59,414 bases of DNA from an uncultured Candidatus Saccharibacteria bacterium (GCA_964362125.1 CAYICS010000005.1:1-59414); one strand, 5' to 3'; counted from the first letter of the stretch, positions 27,371 through 36,925 are shown. Made by a program: numbers and translations. Notes: generated from the sequence alone by a model not told the origin.

Positions 27371-27407
27371 ATTTCCAATATACTATTTTTTACCCCACCC
27401 CGCTACT

Positions 27408-27453
27408 TGTAGTGAGCTTGTCGAAGTGGCTTGCCCTGAGCTTGCCGAACTAC
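27408..27453. repeat. Two REP-like TGAGCTTG(T/C)CGAA units
   Basis: They interrupt the cassette-boundary motif at 27392. Confidence 0.75.
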
Positions 27454-27456
27454 TTA

Positions 27457-27825
27457 CTACATCATTCTTTCCAACGCCACAGTTCTGTATTTACAATCTA
27501 CGCTTGCCTTATAGCCAAATTTGGATAAAAAGCTGATACCAACTAACGGCATACTTTCAGATATTAAAACCTGAATGTAATTTACCACCCCTTCCATTGC
27601 CGCAACTGCAAGAGCCGTAGGGACTTGGACAATTTGTCCGTTTGCAATTCTTGAAGGAGTAATACCAACAACCTGAAGACCAAGCTCTCTGGCAATTTTA
27701 GGTGTTACCTGAAGGTCGCCAGTAAAACCAGTGTCCAAAACAACAAAGGGGGCCTGAACCGCTTGCCCCCACGCAACAACTACTTTTATAAGAGGTACAT
27801 TTTCTACGAAAACGCCGCTTACCAT
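27457..27825 (-). CDS. Clan AA aspartic protease
   Basis: VLDTGFTG, PLVGISFL. Confidence 0.85.
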   Translation of the reverse strand: MVSGVFVENVPLIKVVVAWGQAVQAPFVVLDTGFTGDLQVTPKIARELGLQVVGITPSRIANGQIVQVPTALAVAAMEGVVNYIQVLISESMPLVGISFLSKFGYKASVDCKYRTVALERMM

Positions 27826-27829
27826 TTTG

Positions 27830-28108
27830 TTATCTACTATCTATAAATGATCCTGCCATTGTTTCGGCGACATCAAATCCAATCTTAACAACATAAAAAA
27901 CTTTATCTGGATGACTTTGTCGGGCTAACTCTAACGCTTCAGCACTCGTACTGCCGAGATATGCGTCTTTACTATCAATATCAATAGCCAAAAACTTACC
28001 CTTCTCTTTGGAGTCATAATTAACCTTAATTTGGTCGTATATCTTCGCCCCCTCTTCTGCTATCCTCTGAATATCTGCTTTTTTAATTAATTCTTCGTTG
28101 TTATTCAT
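27830..28108 (-). CDS. DUF5678-like small protein
   Basis: GKFLAIDIDS...ALELARQSHPDKVFYVVKIG; lies directly upstream of the aspartic protease. Confidence 0.7.
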   Translation of the reverse strand: MNNNEELIKKADIQRIAEEGAKIYDQIKVNYDSKEKGKFLAIDIDSKDAYLGSTSAEALELARQSHPDKVFYVVKIGFDVAETMAGSFIDSR

Positions 28109-28238
28109 AGGTTTGAAAGGGTAAGGAATTATTAGTAATTACACTATAGCAACAATCTGCAGAGAATACAACAATGCACCCTACCCCGCTACTCACTATT
28201 GTTTGAAAACAAAAAACTCTTGCTTAGCGTACAAGTTA

Positions 28239-29627
28239 TTATCTTCTTAGAATCATTGCCTTATTAGTAAATTGAGGGTTAGCGGGAGCAGAAACGGCCC
28301 CTGATAAAGTCTCGACTGTTATCGTTTCATCATTATTAACCCTCACCAATAAGACCCCATACTCGCTGTTGTCCCGAGCATTGGTAAGTGGTAAAACGTA
28401 ACTCACTATTTCAGAAGCGGGGGTAACTTTTTTTGGATCAGGATTAACGTTGCCTGTCTCAAGAGCAATCTTATTCCAAACACCAAAAACGGATAGCTCC
28501 GGAACGGCCAAACGAATTTGGAAAGTATTTGGTTCGTAGGGGTCGGGAATGAAAAAGGCGTTTTGCCAACTTTGATATTCTTCAAACCAACCGCCAGAAA
28601 GAGTACCGGCGACATCGTGAGCGTACTGGCCCAAAACCGGAGTAGTCTTAACTGCTTGTAAGCCCATTCCTTGTGGCGGAGGGACCCAGTAGCCGGCGAG
28701 CAGGGCAACCTGATCCTTCATTTCGTCACTCATAAAATCGTAGACAGATCGCGGACAACGGTCTTGATAATAATGCTCTGGGTGAATGATATCCCGGCAG
28801 TAACTCGAATCAATTACTCCCCAATCCCAAGCGCTGCCCTTCAGTCCCGTTTGCCCAAGAACAAAGCCGGTTTTGACTAAAATGGAGGGATATACTTCTT
28901 CAACGCCTCGCGTAAACCGCAAGGGACTGCCAAAGTACGGTTTTAGTTTTTCTACTATTTCAGGATTTAAGGATTGAATATGATCAAAGTAGTAAAAAGA
29001 CCTGTCGTCGATTTTAAAATTAAAGCGGAATTGTCCAGTTGTTTGTTCGTTGCGAAAACCCGTAATTTCACCATCAGCCGGGACATACACGTTGTAAGCA
29101 TATTCTCCCGGTTTTTTACTAAAGATATAATGTCTCATGTTGCCGTAAGCATGAGAGTCAGAAGCGGTTTGACGCGTTATGCCGCTAAATTCACCCACCG
29201 GAGCGACCGAGCCAATATCTTTGATGTCAAAAGGAAAGCGGACAAATTTGAATTCTGCTTTTGTGGTTTGTTGAGTTGAATTCTGCTGTGGCGTCGGTGC
29301 GGCTGGCTGCAAAGGGGGTTGCGACGCCGGTTGCGGTTGAATTTTAGGTTTTTGTTTTTTATAAACTGTTGGGATTTCTGTCGAAGTCGGGATTGTTTTT
29401 TCTGCTGCTGCCGGTTTTTCTGTTATCTGGAGAGGAGGCTCTGCGGCGGGAAATGGTGTTTCGGTAAGCGGCACTGATGCAGTTATATTTTTCGATTCGG
29501 TTTCCAATGGTGTTTTAAGAGGTCGTGTCCTGGATTTTTGATAAATTAAAAAAACGCCTCCGCCTGCGGCAAGCACAATTATAACAGTAATGACAACAGC
29601 GATAGGAATCAATCCCTTTTGATTCAT
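28239..29627 (-). CDS. Surface protein with low-complexity stalk and degenerate M23-like domain
   Basis: MNQKGL plus TM; VYVPADGEI, YFDHI. Confidence 0.65.
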   Translation of the reverse strand: MNQKGLIPIAVVITVIIVLAAGGGVFLIYQKSRTRPLKTPLETESKNITASVPLTETPFPAAEPPLQITEKPAAAEKTIPTSTEIPTVYKKQKPKIQPQPASQPPLQPAAPTPQQNSTQQTTKAEFKFVRFPFDIKDIGSVAPVGEFSGITRQTASDSHAYGNMRHYIFSKKPGEYAYNVYVPADGEITGFRNEQTTGQFRFNFKIDDRSFYYFDHIQSLNPEIVEKLKPYFGSPLRFTRGVEEVYPSILVKTGFVLGQTGLKGSAWDWGVIDSSYCRDIIHPEHYYQDRCPRSVYDFMSDEMKDQVALLAGYWVPPPQGMGLQAVKTTPVLGQYAHDVAGTLSGGWFEEYQSWQNAFFIPDPYEPNTFQIRLAVPELSVFGVWNKIALETGNVNPDPKKVTPASEIVSYVLPLTNARDNSEYGVLLVRVNNDETITVETLSGAVSAPANPQFTNKAMILRR

Positions 29628-29957
29628 TGACTCTATTTTATCTTGTTCTAGCCAAAAGTCCTAGTTCTTACGCCAAGTTGGCCTTATGAATAAAATAAAA
29701 CCGCTCACTACGAGCGATTTTATTTTAGAATTTCGAGATTCGCTTGGCTATCTGTCCAACCGGGCTCCATACCCTGAACGAAATCCGAACGCATTTCCGC
29801 GAAAACCCCAACGCCGAATTCTAACCTAACCGCCTCGCTACGCTCGGCGGAACGTTCGGGCGCGGCGGAATCCTGCCTACCGGCAGGCAGGCCCCTTCCG
29901 CCGCGCCATCGCTTTTCGCGCCGACGGAATTTGTGCCAGTGTCAGCTGGCGTGCCGC

Positions 29958-31136
29958 CTACACCATTTCGCAATATAAGGATTCTTTTAAACCAAGGTTT
30001 CTTTTTCTTAAGTAATTTGTAAATTTATCTGAAAGAATACTGCCATGAAGTTGAGTTTGTTTTGTTATATATTTCAAAAATGACATATTTAATCCATTGA
30101 TTTCCGATCTATACTGAACATTTCCATTTTCCGATATCCTTAAAATATTTATGTCTAATAATTTGTGATGATTCTGGCAAAGCCAAAGACCATTCTCACC
30201 GTCCAGCGCACAAGCTAATTTTTCGTCTTGAGATAAAGTCCCGTCCTTTTTTATTTCAGACACAGGCCAGATGTGAGCACCATGAATAATTTGCGGTATC
30301 TCGCATCCACAAAAAGCACATTTCTTGTCGCCAAGTTTTTCCAAAAGATTATACACATATTCTATAGAGCGCAAACTATCATTTTCTTCAAAATCAATTT
30401 TTTCGATGGTTCTATCAGAGGTATATATTTCTACCTTGCCAAGTGATTCGATGGCCTCCCTAGCTTTTTCTGGTAATTCAGTTAGACCACCCTCACCAAT
30501 CTGAAACAACTGAATTTTAGAAGTAGTAATCTCTGATAAAGCCAAGCAAAGAATAGTTGTTTCGTACTTATTAGCACCATACGTCTTTCCAAAGATCTGT
30601 AATTCATTATTAGAACCTCTTGTAATATAGGTAGATTTATTACCTCTATTTTTACTCCGAATCTGCTCTTTGTTAACGATAATGTCTTCCACCGTTGTAA
30701 AAGGGTGAATCGGATGTTCTAAATATTCTCCCTCGTTTAAAAACCTTATTTTTGCTGTTTTCATCAGACGATACATGAATATGAAATAAGGGGTCTCATA
30801 GTTTCCAATAATTGATGGATGGAAATAAAAAGAGATCTCTTTATTTGGATTCTCTTCGAGAATATACCTAGCGAGTGCACTCGGGAAACTCTGAAAACTA
30901 GAGTTTCTACTTCTTATATCTATTTCCGAAATAGATATATAATTTTTCTTTCCCTGATATTCGAGTTCGACGAGTCTACCTATGTTATAACCAGTATCAT
31001 CAAAGTCATATGTATAATCTGAACGACCAGTGACTTTTAAACTAATATCAGCAAGTATTTCGGAGGTTAATAAATCACGATATGAAGTATCTTTCTTTTG
31101 AAACTTATTTTTAATTACAAAATGTGGTTTTGTCAT
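29958..31136 (-). CDS. HNH endonuclease, probable restriction enzyme
   Basis: CAFCG, GAHIWP, NGLWLCQNHHKLLD; adjacent to the methyltransferase. Confidence 0.8.
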   Translation of the reverse strand: MTKPHFVIKNKFQKKDTSYRDLLTSEILADISLKVTGRSDYTYDFDDTGYNIGRLVELEYQGKKNYISISEIDIRSRNSSFQSFPSALARYILEENPNKEISFYFHPSIIGNYETPYFIFMYRLMKTAKIRFLNEGEYLEHPIHPFTTVEDIIVNKEQIRSKNRGNKSTYITRGSNNELQIFGKTYGANKYETTILCLALSEITTSKIQLFQIGEGGLTELPEKAREAIESLGKVEIYTSDRTIEKIDFEENDSLRSIEYVYNLLEKLGDKKCAFCGCEIPQIIHGAHIWPVSEIKKDGTLSQDEKLACALDGENGLWLCQNHHKLLDINILRISENGNVQYRSEINGLNMSFLKYITKQTQLHGSILSDKFTNYLRKRNLGLKESLYCEMV

Positions 31137-31137
31137 A

Positions 31138-32988
31138 TTAACTATAATTCATTATAAGCACCTCATCTCTTTGGTTGCCATTTATTTTATCAATATTTAC
31201 CAAACGGTATTTATTTTGTCTAACCCAATTTTTAAACTCTATATTTGTTTTGCCATTGTGCTCAACAATATACGAAATCATAAAACGCATGGACTTTTGA
31301 TTTAATGAATCCGCAAATGCAAATAAATTCATTTCGTCAACAAGCCCCCATCCATTGAAACCCCGTTTGCCGTCATTGTATGATCCGTTTGTAAGGCGAT
31401 ATGGAGGGTCCATGTACACAAATGAACCTCCTTTTATTTTATCTAAAAAATACGTATATTCAAAGCTACTAAAAACAACATCTTTCTCTTTTATTGCTCT
31501 TGAAAAACTCATCTTTTTTTCAAGAACCTTATCATTAAACCACCTCATACCTACCGGATTGTTAAAATCGTGGTTACCATTAAATCTGATTTGCTGATTG
31601 AAGCCATACAGAATAATTGCATAAAGAAATCTCGGATCTCTTTTTTCGAACGGCAAGGAGTTATATTGATTTCTCGCCTTTAAATAACTTGTAGCATCTT
31701 CCACTTTAAGACCATATTTTTTAATGATTTTCTTAACGTAAAGAAGGTACTGGTACGTATCATGTATTCTAAATGACTCTACCAAGTTTTTAACAAAGTG
31801 ATTAATATCATTATAAATAATATGATTTGCATTGGAATTTATCCCGACGTTAAAACCACCACCAAAGATATCAATAAATGTATCAATATTTTTTGGTAAA
31901 TATTTTTGAATTTCCGATAATATTTTTGCCTTACTTCCAATATAGTTTAAGGGTGATTCGTAGTGGATGTCAGTAGGATTTTTTTTCTCAATAAAGAATA
32001 GATATTCGAAGTGATCTTTTTTCCCTCGTGATTTAAAATTTGTGTATTTATTGTAAGAAATTTTTCTACACTTATAAGTTTCTGGCTTGCCGTATCGTTT
32101 TAAGCTTGCTTCTATAAAACTTTTTGACATAAACCCATCGGCACTATAGCTAAAAACAATATATTTGGCCGTGGTTTTAGATATAACTTTATCAAATAAT
32201 ATATGTGCCTTGTACATCTTTGACCAGTCAGATCTCATCGGAGTGGTTAGTCTTGATCCGGTAATTTGGCTAACACTGGGATTATCGTCCAACACTAATG
32301 TTTCAAGTAAGTGATATTGTGTTCCGTATTGATTTTGAGTATATGGTGGGTCAAGATAAAGGACATCACAATCTATCTTATCTATAATATTTTCTATCTT
32401 ATCGTTATAACACCTAAGATTAAAATGTTTGGAATTCTTTGATTCAACCCTTTGGAAAATTATTGGTTTTTTTGAACGAGGATCCCAATGCTTCAAAAAT
32501 GCTCCATACACGCCTGCGGTATTGGAAATAAATGAAATGGATTCAATAAGGCTTGCTAATAAATACGAGTATTCCTTATCATTTATCAAACTATCATGCT
32601 TCCACTTTTCAATCGAGTCTCTAAAATAATCTATCCTACCCGCATTTTCGGGAGAAAAATACATTCTTTTAGAGCCACCTGGTGAGTAGTTTTTGTAAAA
32701 AAACCCTCTTTTAGTCTGATTGCTTGAATTCAAGAATTTGAAAGGATCAAACCCTAGTTTTTTAAATCTGCAATCACTCGTTGTTATCCTTCCTTTAGTA
32801 TAAACAACGCACCAGTTCAGCATGTCATTTACCACTAAATCGAAAGAATCTTTAAGTGAATTAGAGACTGCTCCGGTGCCACAAAATGCGTCAAATAATG
32901 TTAACCTTTTCTTACCCAAAAGCCCCTCTTTGTCTAAGAGGTCTTTTATTTCATTAACGAAAGGTTCTTTGTTTCCTATAAACCTCAT
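31138..32988 (-). CDS. Two-domain adenine DNA methyltransferase (M.FokI/M.StsI-like)
   Basis: Two motif I (FCGTG, FGGG) and two DPPY motifs. Confidence 0.9.
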   Translation of the reverse strand: MRFIGNKEPFVNEIKDLLDKEGLLGKKRLTLFDAFCGTGAVSNSLKDSFDLVVNDMLNWCVVYTKGRITTSDCRFKKLGFDPFKFLNSSNQTKRGFFYKNYSPGGSKRMYFSPENAGRIDYFRDSIEKWKHDSLINDKEYSYLLASLIESISFISNTAGVYGAFLKHWDPRSKKPIIFQRVESKNSKHFNLRCYNDKIENIIDKIDCDVLYLDPPYTQNQYGTQYHLLETLVLDDNPSVSQITGSRLTTPMRSDWSKMYKAHILFDKVISKTTAKYIVFSYSADGFMSKSFIEASLKRYGKPETYKCRKISYNKYTNFKSRGKKDHFEYLFFIEKKNPTDIHYESPLNYIGSKAKILSEIQKYLPKNIDTFIDIFGGGFNVGINSNANHIIYNDINHFVKNLVESFRIHDTYQYLLYVKKIIKKYGLKVEDATSYLKARNQYNSLPFEKRDPRFLYAIILYGFNQQIRFNGNHDFNNPVGMRWFNDKVLEKKMSFSRAIKEKDVVFSSFEYTYFLDKIKGGSFVYMDPPYRLTNGSYNDGKRGFNGWGLVDEMNLFAFADSLNQKSMRFMISYIVEHNGKTNIEFKNWVRQNKYRLVNIDKINGNQRDEVLIMNYS

Positions 32989-33010
32989 AAACTTTTATTT
33001 ATTCACGACG

Positions 33011-33967
33011 CTATCGAGAACGTAGTTTTTGCACCGGATCTTTAAATGCTTTATGTAATCGATTCGCAGCATCAATCATAAAATCATTCATCTTCGTCCA
33101 GTCGTCTTCATTAAAGACACTTACGCCGTCCAGTTGATATTTTACGCGGGATGTAACCCGGTCGTCCATACGCTCCCAAATGAGAGGCCCACCAAAATCT
33201 TTCTCGATTTGGTCTTTCAAGTTGTAAAAATAATCAAACACTTCTTTATTTTTTTGTATATCACCTTTGTTTATATATATTTCTGCACGAGCATAATTTT
33301 TTGAAACGACTAAATTCAAGCCGACACCCGAAGTACCTAATGCAATTCCAATCCATGCGTCTGTTCCGGGGCTTACATTTTGGCAAAGAGAATTTTTCTG
33401 ATTCATTGCTTCAATAAGTTGAGTCCAAAATTGTTTGCGTGTGGTATGTCTTTGTGCATACTCTTTCTTTTCTGCTCCAATTTTTTTTCGTTCTTGAGTC
33501 GGACCTTCTACAACCGTAAATAGCGGCGCTACTGATGTTTGGCCCTCTATTTTTATTCCTTCAATTTGGACTAGATAGAAACACATATTGTCGGGCGTAG
33601 TTTCGTTTAACCACTCAACGACCTGTTGGTGCTCCTCAGATGGGTTTGTAGTTATCCAAATTGCTATATTCGCATCAAGATTTACCAAATATGTAAGAAT
33701 TTGGCCGAGGTGTGTGTGATCAGATTTTTCCAGTTGGTTTTCAATTATAATTTTATTTCCGGAACTATCCTCACCATAAATATCGACGAAGTATGGTCCA
33801 ACATTACCCTCAACCGTTTGAACTGAAATATCGATGTTTAAAACATCACTAAGATAATCTATATTCTTGGCAAGCCAAGGTGTAAAATTTTTAGCCTCGT
33901 GTTTCCATATTTCACGAGGGTCAATTTTTTTAATCTTCCCAATAGGTTGTTGATTGTTATTTGTCAT
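33011..33967 (-). CDS. DUF4268 domain / NucS-like endonuclease-fold protein
   Basis: WKHEAKNFTPWL, IIENQLEKSDHTHLGQILTY, IEKDFGGPLIWE. Confidence 0.85.
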   Translation of the reverse strand: MTNNNQQPIGKIKKIDPREIWKHEAKNFTPWLAKNIDYLSDVLNIDISVQTVEGNVGPYFVDIYGEDSSGNKIIIENQLEKSDHTHLGQILTYLVNLDANIAIWITTNPSEEHQQVVEWLNETTPDNMCFYLVQIEGIKIEGQTSVAPLFTVVEGPTQERKKIGAEKKEYAQRHTTRKQFWTQLIEAMNQKNSLCQNVSPGTDAWIGIALGTSGVGLNLVVSKNYARAEIYINKGDIQKNKEVFDYFYNLKDQIEKDFGGPLIWERMDDRVTSRVKYQLDGVSVFNEDDWTKMNDFMIDAANRLHKAFKDPVQKLRSR

Positions 33968-33973
33968 ATGTTT

Positions 33974-34174
33974 TTATTTAAACAATTCCGCCACCGGCAC
34001 GCCGAGGGCTTTGGCTATTTTTTCTAATGTATCAACGGTTGGATTAGGGCTTTCGCCTGTTTCTATCTTCACAACCGTATTTAACGCCAAATCAGCGTCT
34101 TTAGAGAGACGATCTTGGGAGATTCCTTTTTTGATTCGCAATTTGCGGATATTTTCGCTTACTGTATTTGCCAT
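33974..34174 (-). CDS. XRE-family HTH regulator (possible R-M controller)
   Basis: IRKLRIKKGISQDRL, NPTVDTLEKIAKALGV. Confidence 0.9.
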   Translation of the reverse strand: MANTVSENIRKLRIKKGISQDRLSKDADLALNTVVKIETGESPNPTVDTLEKIAKALGVPVAELFK

Positions 34175-34469
34175 AATGTTTTGACTTTGATAAACTATTA
34201 TAATACACTACTTATAGTAAGCGTATATTAACTTGCTTAATACAATGGTATCAAAAATATTTAAATTTGTCAAACAAAAATGGAGTCCCTTATCGTTGCC
34301 CGCGCACTGGGAGGGCAAGAGCAGGATTTCAAAATATCGCCGCCAAAAAAACCTGCTACTGAATTGATTCAGTAGCAGGGTTTTAACGAGTATATTTACA
34401 TACCAGATTTAAGAGAGTTTGAATGGTTGAAACTGCCTGCGTTTAGCCCAGCGGCCGTAACAGCATAGC

Positions 34470-34991
34470 CTAAATCTCATATTCCCAATAAGGTTGCCAC
34501 CTAAAAGGAGTGCTTAACAACTCTTTCAAGGTTTTGCCCATAAGTGTATCAAGCCCATATTGAGTAGCTCTGTGTCCGACAATGAGAATACTTTTGTCGG
34601 GATATTTTTCTTTAAGTTCGGCATAAAATCCCCGAACCCGTGCTACCGCCTGCTCGTAACTCTCGCCGTTTGGAAACGGCTCTTTGATGTGTTGCATCTT
34701 CATCGGTTCAACAACAGCAGATGGCTTGCCATTAAAATCTCCGTAATTGAGTTCCCGTAATCGTTGGTCGGCGATGACTTGGTGTTTACCCTCAAAAGCA
34801 ATCTTTACCGTATCAACAGCTCTCTTTAAATCAGAGCAACAAATAATGTCTAATTTAATATCCTTAAATGTCTCTCCTAGTTCTTTTGCTTGCTTTATAC
34901 CTAAATCAGAAAGCTCTGTATCGTTCCAGCCCGAAGCGATTTTTGCCTCGTTGTCTTTAGTTGTTGCATGAGCCGCAAAATAAACCCTCAT
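34470..34991 (-). CDS. Histidine phosphatase family protein
   Basis: AHATT, SDLKRA, LRELNYG, PNGES, VGH. Confidence 0.85.
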   Translation of the reverse strand: MRVYFAAHATTKDNEAKIASGWNDTELSDLGIKQAKELGETFKDIKLDIICCSDLKRAVDTVKIAFEGKHQVIADQRLRELNYGDFNGKPSAVVEPMKMQHIKEPFPNGESYEQAVARVRGFYAELKEKYPDKSILIVGHRATQYGLDTLMGKTLKELLSTPFRWQPYWEYEI

Positions 34992-35003
34992 AGCTTAAAA
35001 GTT

Positions 35004-36020
35004 TTATTGAATCGCCAATACGATTTTTCCTGTTTGCTTACTTTCGGATAGCAGCTTTATTGCCCTACGGAAATCCTTTAAAGGAAAGGTTCTATCAATA
35101 GTTATCTTGAGCTTGTCCCTCTCAACAAGCTTGAGAACATCCTCAAACTCCTCTTTTGTTCCCATTCTTGAACCAAGAATCGTGTGCTGATAATAGTAAA
35201 TATCGCTTAGGTCTTGCGATGCTACTGCCCCACTGGTAGTCCCTGCGATTACGACTCTTCCATGCGGTCGGAGCATTGCAAGCGTAGTATTCCAGGTAGC
35301 ACGGCCAACACTTTCAAGAACCACATCCACTTTTTCTCCTTTTGTCAGCTCCCCGACAGATTTTACAACATTCTCTTTCTTGTAATTGACGGTGTGGTGT
35401 GCCCCCATTGCTTTTACTTTTTTAGCATCTACATCGGAGCTTGCGGCAACTATTATTTTTGCACCAATATGTTTTGCTATTTGAATTGCGGCTGAACCAA
35501 GACCACCTGAAGCGCCCCATATAAAGATGGTCTCTCCTTTTTGAAGCTTGGCTCGACCGACAAGCATATGGTAAGCAGTTAAAAATGTTAAGGGAAAGGC
35601 GGCGGCTTCGACAAATGACAGGTTCTTTGGTTTTGGGTAAATTTGTTCAACTGGAACGGTTACATATTCCGCAAATCCGCCAGAAGTTCTGTAACCAAAT
35701 ATAACAACAATCTCACAAGATAGACCCTTTTTGCATCGAGAACACTTTTTACACGGTATAGCTGGGTTAACTATGACTTCCTGCCCAATTTTAAGTTTGC
35801 TCGAAGCATTTATTTCTTCGATTATCCCCGAAACATCAGAACCAGATATATGAGGAAGTGGAATATCTAAAACCCCTTTCGTAAGATGCAAATCTAAGTG
35901 ATTCAGGGCACAAGCCTTAACTTTTATTAAAGCTTCGCCTTTCTTGGGTTTAGGTTTTGGAAGCTCACCGTATTTAATAATTCTTTTCTTACCCTCTGGG
36001 GCTATATAAATTGCTTTCAT
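35004..36020 (-). CDS. Zinc-binding alcohol dehydrogenase / quinone oxidoreductase
   Basis: ALNHLD, CKKCSRC..C, GASGGLG, GKIVL. Confidence 0.9.
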   Translation of the reverse strand: MKAIYIAPEGKKRIIKYGELPKPKPKKGEALIKVKACALNHLDLHLTKGVLDIPLPHISGSDVSGIIEEINASSKLKIGQEVIVNPAIPCKKCSRCKKGLSCEIVVIFGYRTSGGFAEYVTVPVEQIYPKPKNLSFVEAAAFPLTFLTAYHMLVGRAKLQKGETIFIWGASGGLGSAAIQIAKHIGAKIIVAASSDVDAKKVKAMGAHHTVNYKKENVVKSVGELTKGEKVDVVLESVGRATWNTTLAMLRPHGRVVIAGTTSGAVASQDLSDIYYYQHTILGSRMGTKEEFEDVLKLVERDKLKITIDRTFPLKDFRRAIKLLSESKQTGKIVLAIQ

Positions 36021-36276
36021 CGTTGATTTATAAATTCCGCATCAAAAAATGCAAGGAGTTTTTTCTTCCCGGCTCGACCGCCCCATGTGTTTAAAGATAT
36101 GAGTTTCATGCAATTTCGATTTTATCACCTTTCTCGATTTATTTTAAGATGCGACCATCGAAGATTCCTGAGCGAGGATGACTCGGTAGGAGGAAGCAAT
36201 GGCAAAATTTCAAAATATCGCCGCCAAAAAACCCGCTACTGAATCAATTCAGTAGCAGGTTTTTTTTATTTGCACT

Positions 36277-36381
36277 GGGCTTGCCGAAGTGGCTTGCCCT
36301 GAGCCTGTGGTTCGACCTTGCTCAGAGTTCGAATGAGGCTCACTCGAAGTCCCACCATGAGCTTGTCGAATGGTCGAAGGG
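36277..36381. repeat. Nested REP-like (TGAGC..GTCGAA) cluster abutting the tRNA 3' end
   Basis: Shares GAAGTGGCTTGCCCTGAGC with the 27408-27453 cluster. Confidence 0.7.
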
Positions 36382-36665
36382 CTCCGCAGGCTGGATTCGA
36401 ACCAGCGACCCACCGGTTACACTTAATCTACTATTACTAGTAGCGTGGACTATATCTTTCTCGTGGTCCGACAGGACTTTACGAGATCTCGGTATCTAGT
36501 CTCTACGGCGCCCCGCCACAACTTCTTTTGATGTTGGCAGGTTCCCACGGTATTACCCCGATGTAAAATCGGGGCTTCACCGTTATCCCGAGATTTTTCA
36601 ATTCGCCTTTCAGCGAAAAGCTGCGATTTTCACAGCCGGTTGCTCTACCGCTGAGCTACTGCGGA
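36382..36665 (-). tRNA. trnN: tRNA-Asn(GTT) split by a group I intron (exons 36665-36632 and 36419-36382)
   Basis: Acceptor TCCGCAG/CTGCGGA+G, D arm GCTC/GAGC, anticodon arm ACCGG-CTGT|TAA-CCGGT, T loop TTCGAAT; CCA not encoded. Confidence 0.9.
36420..36631 (-). ncRNA. 212-nt group I intron inside the anticodon (position 35/36)
   Basis: Exon ends in U, intron ends in G; P1 GCUGU/GCAGC; R-like CGTAGAGACTA and S-like AAGATATAGTCC. Confidence 0.9.
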
Positions 36666-36676
36666 ATCTAAGTCTA

Positions 36677-36919
36677 TTATATCAAAGATTTTATAAATTC
36701 TCTACCCGCCCCTGATTTTAAGAACTTTTCTCTTTCTCTAGCTCCTCTTCTATCTTGTGCTTCTTCCGAGTAAATCAAACTAAATGGCCCCCGACACTTT
36801 GTAGATGATGTCCCTATATGACCCCGGTCATGCTGTTTCAATCTCCTTTTTAGATTGTCTGTAATGCCTGTATAATTCTTTCCGTCGAGGAGGCTTTTTA
36901 TGACATAAACATAATACAT
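36677..36919 (-). CDS. Small GIY-YIG endonuclease
   Basis: YYVYVI, YTGITDNLKRRLKQH, AREREKFLKSGAGR. Confidence 0.9.
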   Translation of the reverse strand: MYYVYVIKSLLDGKNYTGITDNLKRRLKQHDRGHIGTSSTKCRGPFSLIYSEEAQDRRGAREREKFLKSGAGREFIKSLI

Positions 36920-36925
36920 AAATTC

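Larger units (their letters stand above)
29762..36385. mobile_element. Degenerate island at the tRNA-Asn 3' end (recombinase not seen)
   Basis: AT-rich R-M cargo; GGCTCC core at both ends; attP-like stub GLHTLNEIRT. Confidence 0.5.

Noticed and set aside
19255-28195. Classical integron attC array
   Set aside because: The motif lacks RYYYAAC/GTTRRRY ends and hairpin symmetry and no intI is present; kept only as an analogy
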